Shown: in pieces, positions 60,487 through 64,000 of the stretch | Layout: every line of letters starts with the position of its first letter | Position numbering within the stretch: the first letter of the stretch is position 1 | Assembly: GCA_965153285.1 (NCBI GenBank) | Contig: OZ229116.1 | Origin: Podarcis tiliguerta | Taxonomy: Eukaryota | Strand: one strand, 5' to 3' | DNA length: 64,000 bases | Program-made: the position numbers and the translations under genes | Notes under the pieces: model-generated | Databases searched by the model: none | What the model was told of the DNA's origin: nothing | What the model saw: only the letters and a program-made list of their open reading frames with translations

Positions 60487-61133
60487 TTATGGGACAACAG
60501 TTTTATATTTCATGCACTGGGGCTTATATTATATACCCACTTAAATATAGTAATAATAAAGACAAGTGTGGTACACACTCATCTGTTCCTGCTAATAGAA
60601 ACTAGCTAAGGAACCATGTAACATTAAGTTTGGAAGTCTACAAACTCTTTACCTGACTTCCCTTTAACTGTGGTCTCGTGGGAAGTGTCGTCGGCTCTCA
60701 GTTTGGAAGATGTCAGAATTTCCTGTACCTATTTTCCATTTGCGTCCAGTGTGTCCATGTGCAACAATTGGCCATTCCACTCTTATAATTTAAAGCAATA
60801 AACTGCATTTGGGGTCGGAAAATGTATCTTTTTAAAATGTTGTTTTATATGGTTTCTCGAGCACACATGACAACCAATAATTGCTGGTTTTGTAGCATCT
60901 ATAATTTTTAGAAGCTGGGACAGAGGAGGAAATATTCTTTTTACACATACACACATTCTTAACAAAGCTGTAGGGATTTATATAAACACAGTGCCTTGAA
61001 GCACCCCAGCAGAACAATTCTAAGGTGACAGGAAGTTATATGCCTATGGGGTTTCCACACACCACATGAGCTGAAGCTTGCATTTGCAGTCCGGTTTGTA
61101 GTATTATGTACATAGATAGTGCTATGGCAAATA

Positions 61134-61500
61134 CCGTATTGGCCCGAATATAAGCCATACCTAAATACAGTGGTACCTCTGGTTGCGAACGGGATCCGTT
61201 CCAGAGGCCCATTCGCAACATGAAAAGAGCACAACCCGCAGTGGCGCGTCTGCGCACGCGCGGGTTGCGATTCGCCGCTTCTGCACATGCGTGTGATGCC
61301 ATTTTGCGCTTCTGCACATGCACGAGCGGCAAAATCCAAAAGTAACTCTTTCTGGTACTTCTGGGTCGCCACGGGACATAACCTGAAAGAATGTAACATG
61401 AAGCAAACGTAACATGCGATATGACTTTATAAGCCGCACCTTAAAAATTGGAGGGGAAAAAAGAAAAAATACCCAAATATAAGCTGCTCCATGCCTCGTT
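61134..61500 (+). mobile_element. Tc2/pogo-like MITE left end (TA-CCGTATT) interrupted by a nested MITE
   Basis: taCCGTATTGGCCCGAATATAAGCC; repeated tataagcc motifs resume after 61428. Confidence 0.55.
61168..61427. mobile_element. Tc1/mariner (Tigger/pogo-like) MITE, nested
   Basis: taCAGTGGTACCTC left TIR; degenerate right end cgatatgacttta; CpG-rich gcgcacgcgc interior. Confidence 0.75.
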
Positions 61501-61597
61501 GCTCCTGGCTGCATACTGGGCAGTGGCGGGGGGGGGGGGAGGGGGGAGCTGTGCTGTGTTGCCAACAGCCTTTCCCCTTCCTTGCTCTCTCCTTTCC

Positions 61598-61732
61598 CAG
61601 CCAGGATGGGGGGGAGGGGAGAGACCTGTGGCCTTCAAGAGGCTGTTAGACTGCAACTCCCATCTGCCTCAACCAGCATGGCCCGTAGCCAGATGTCGGG
61701 AGTTGTAATTAAACAACGTATTGGTCAACCAC
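61598..61732. mobile_element. Palindromic hAT-type MITE (cccatc family)
   Basis: acctgtggccttc...caactcccatc / gggagttgta. Confidence 0.45.
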
Positions 61733-62416
61733 ACATGTACACAAGAGTCCTTCCTAGTTGTACCAGGGATTGAACTTGGAAACTTTTACATGCAAAGCAC
61801 ATGTTGTAGCATGTAGCTAAGTCCCTTCCCTTTTTCATTGGGTTTTCGTCTGGTGAAGTACACCTGTACACTCAGTCACCCAGGTACTGCAACATATCAG
61901 CTATTACAATAGGAGACCTGAATTCATGTTCAAGATACCAATGTAGTCATTTCCCTCTGCTTCCTAAGACTGTGGTCCGTGTTGCACATGCCCAGGTGTC
62001 ACACAGCAAAAGAAAGGGAGGAGGGCTCCATGCATCTTTATGCTGATCTTCTCTTATACACTTGGCTTTGCAAAAGACAGGAATAGAAGCACCCATTTTT
62101 GCTTCGATATTTTTACTTTTTAATGAAATGATTGAGATTTGTAGAGTGCCTCTGATGAGCATGGCCCCTACTGATTTTGTCATGTAAATCAAATGCTGTG
62201 TGACACATTTGACTATTATTTAATACTTGATGAGGATTTACGCAAAAGAAACACAGTGCCAAGCCTAAAGCTGTTTAAATCTTTTAACTAGCAGGGTTTT
62301 CCTCCCCTGTTTTTTTTTTTTTAATCTGAGGAGGGTGGGGGAATAGTTTTTAATGTGCAATGTATTTTGTACTGGAATGATATGATGTCAATATTTCTAG
62401 AGCTGCAGGGGCTGTT

Positions 62417-62570
62417 AGGGTGGCTATGAGTCCGACTTTACAGAGGACAGTCCTCTCTTTTGAAAGGCTGTCACACTACAGTCCTCTATTTGAAGGTGTC
62501 CTATCCAAGTCTGGTTTAAGGATAAGGAATCATAAAAGGAGCCCCCAAGCTGCCCATCAACATTGCCCAA
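62417..62570 (+). mobile_element. hAT (Blackjack-like) left end
   Basis: TAGGGTGGCTA start; homologous to 49705-49860. Confidence 0.55.
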
Positions 62571-62589
62571 TACAGAAATACACAAGACA

Positions 62590-63450
62590 AATATTTAAAT
62601 TGATCACAGCTTGAGTGATCAGTTGAAAACATGATGAGATGTGCTGTTGACCTAAGCGTATGCTGAGTTTGGCAAGCATGTAAGATGCAATGCGGTGCTT
62701 TTAAATAAGTTCAAGGTTTGGAGAACGGGGCCACGAAAAAGGAAGTGTACTTGTTGTGAGTCATATCGTCATGCTATTGCATATCAAAGCTGACTGATTG
62801 CCATTTCAGTGGAAGAACAGACAAAAGTCCATCTCAAAGATGCGTTCAGTAGTATAGCTACTTCCCAATGCTGTCCAGCAGACCTCAGTGGGAAGTATCT
62901 TTAAGCATTCCCAGTGCCATGTGGATACCCCGGCTACAGGGAAGCATGCCACTGATGGAGTGCCAGAAATGAACCTAAGCACACTTGAAGTCTGACGAAA
63001 AAGCGATCCTGTAATGTGAAACATTCTTTTCAACACACTAGTATATATCTTCAGTTTTGCCCCACTAGTTTAGGAGACAATGTGCTGTCCTGAACAGCTT
63101 TAATTGTAATTCAAGAGTCTCTTTTATGCAACGACACTATGTGGTGAATGCAACAGTCGTTATGACAATGTCATTGGGAGATTCTCTTTCCCCCAAAGAG
63201 CAATTCAGATGTTAGCATATACTTACATGATTTCCTAAAGAGCTTTTATCAGGCACTTCCATTAGCGTCATATCAACTCCAAAGGACCCCTTTTAAAGAA
63301 GTCAATGACAGTGTCTCATTGGAGCCCTTACAAATGGAAGCTAATGCAACTGTTGGATTCAGCAAAAGATGATGGCGGAAAGGCATTCCTTCACTTTTTA
63401 TTTACCATATGATTTTACTCACCACATGGCCAGCTTTAAATGTCTTATCT
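62590..63450. promoter_or_regulatory. Candidate conserved non-coding block
   Basis: No repeat similarity, retained CpGs, TGACAG at 63306, TGAGTCA (AP-1) at 62757, ATCAAAG (TCF) near 62782. Confidence 0.25.
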
Positions 63451-64000
63451 AAGAAAGGTAGTACTGAAGACTGGCTTAAGATTGCTTCCACTGGAGCCTA
63501 ATCCAAACCCTATTCACATCTCCTGAAGAAGAATGTGATGTCTCTCCTAAGTGGAGTTGCTGCAGATCTTGGGTTTTTCTCCCTCCAAGAAAGTGCACAT
63601 TTAGGAAATACAAACCTCCTGCTTTGTTACCCTGTCAAAGGCACCATGGTAGCAGTCTAATTTCAATTTCAGTATTGTTCTCCTTTCCCTAATTCTCTTG
63701 CACACTTCCCCCCCCCTTAATTATCTGCCTTCCCCTAATACTCCGTTAGGCTTTTGCTTTAGCTGTACGTAGGCCACAGGACTGTGATCTGTGAGCCATC
63801 TCCACAATGGTATTGCATTATGTTTACAGCCTTCCTCATGATGGTGAATCAGGAACCACTTTCCAGACTAACAGTTCCTTGTGGGCTTTCCTTCAGATTC
63901 TATGTCAAAGAAAAGTAGTGATCCCATACGTATGGTGGGGATAATGAGTCCAGCTTGTTCCAAGACTAGCTGCTGCTTCCTCATGTCTTTTAGTCATTCG

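Noticed and set aside
61518-61622. G-rich potential G-quadruplex
   Set aside because: Homopolymer G runs between repeats, with no functional context.
62626-62672. C/D snoRNA-like ATGATGA...CTGA with aaac/gttt terminal stem
   Set aside because: Only about 36 nt from box C to box D, too short, with no C'/D' boxes or recognisable guide.
1-64000. Prokaryotic-type systems (operons, CRISPR arrays, defence islands) or an endogenous viral gene
   Set aside because: Vertebrate repeat-rich DNA with no long ORFs, no regularly spaced repeat-spacer array and no viral protein motifs.

Overview
This is eukaryotic, essentially non-coding DNA from a squamate reptile, most likely a lacertid lizard. The evidence is four Sauria SINE/Squam1 copies with lacertid-type sequence, young BovB (RTE) LINE 3' ends, L1 and L2 remnants, inverted Penelope-like ends and many hAT, Tc1/mariner and Harbinger-type MITEs. 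No host protein-coding gene can be recognised. The only ORFs with recognisable protein similarity are retroelement fragments (L1 ORF2 C-terminus, BovB RT C-terminus, L2 C-terminus). Between the repeats lie several repeat-free, AT-rich, homeodomain-motif-rich blocks that look like conserved non-coding elements of a developmental-gene regulatory block (intron or gene desert); this is inference, since conservation cannot be measured here. Four N-runs of odd length (142, 188, 259, 188 nt) sit inside these unique blocks rather than in repeats, which suggests masked highly conserved cores rather than ordinary assembly gaps. Main points: Pbx-Hox + Meis motif clusters (3.7, 34.5, 49.45 kb); degenerate minimal hammerhead ribozymes in Penelope inverted repeats; a head-to-head Sauria SINE pair; a promoter-bearing LTR/DIRS-like insertion; and several informative insertion-junction structures. 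Repeat family names are recognised from memory, not from a database search. I found no convincing novel protein-coding system.
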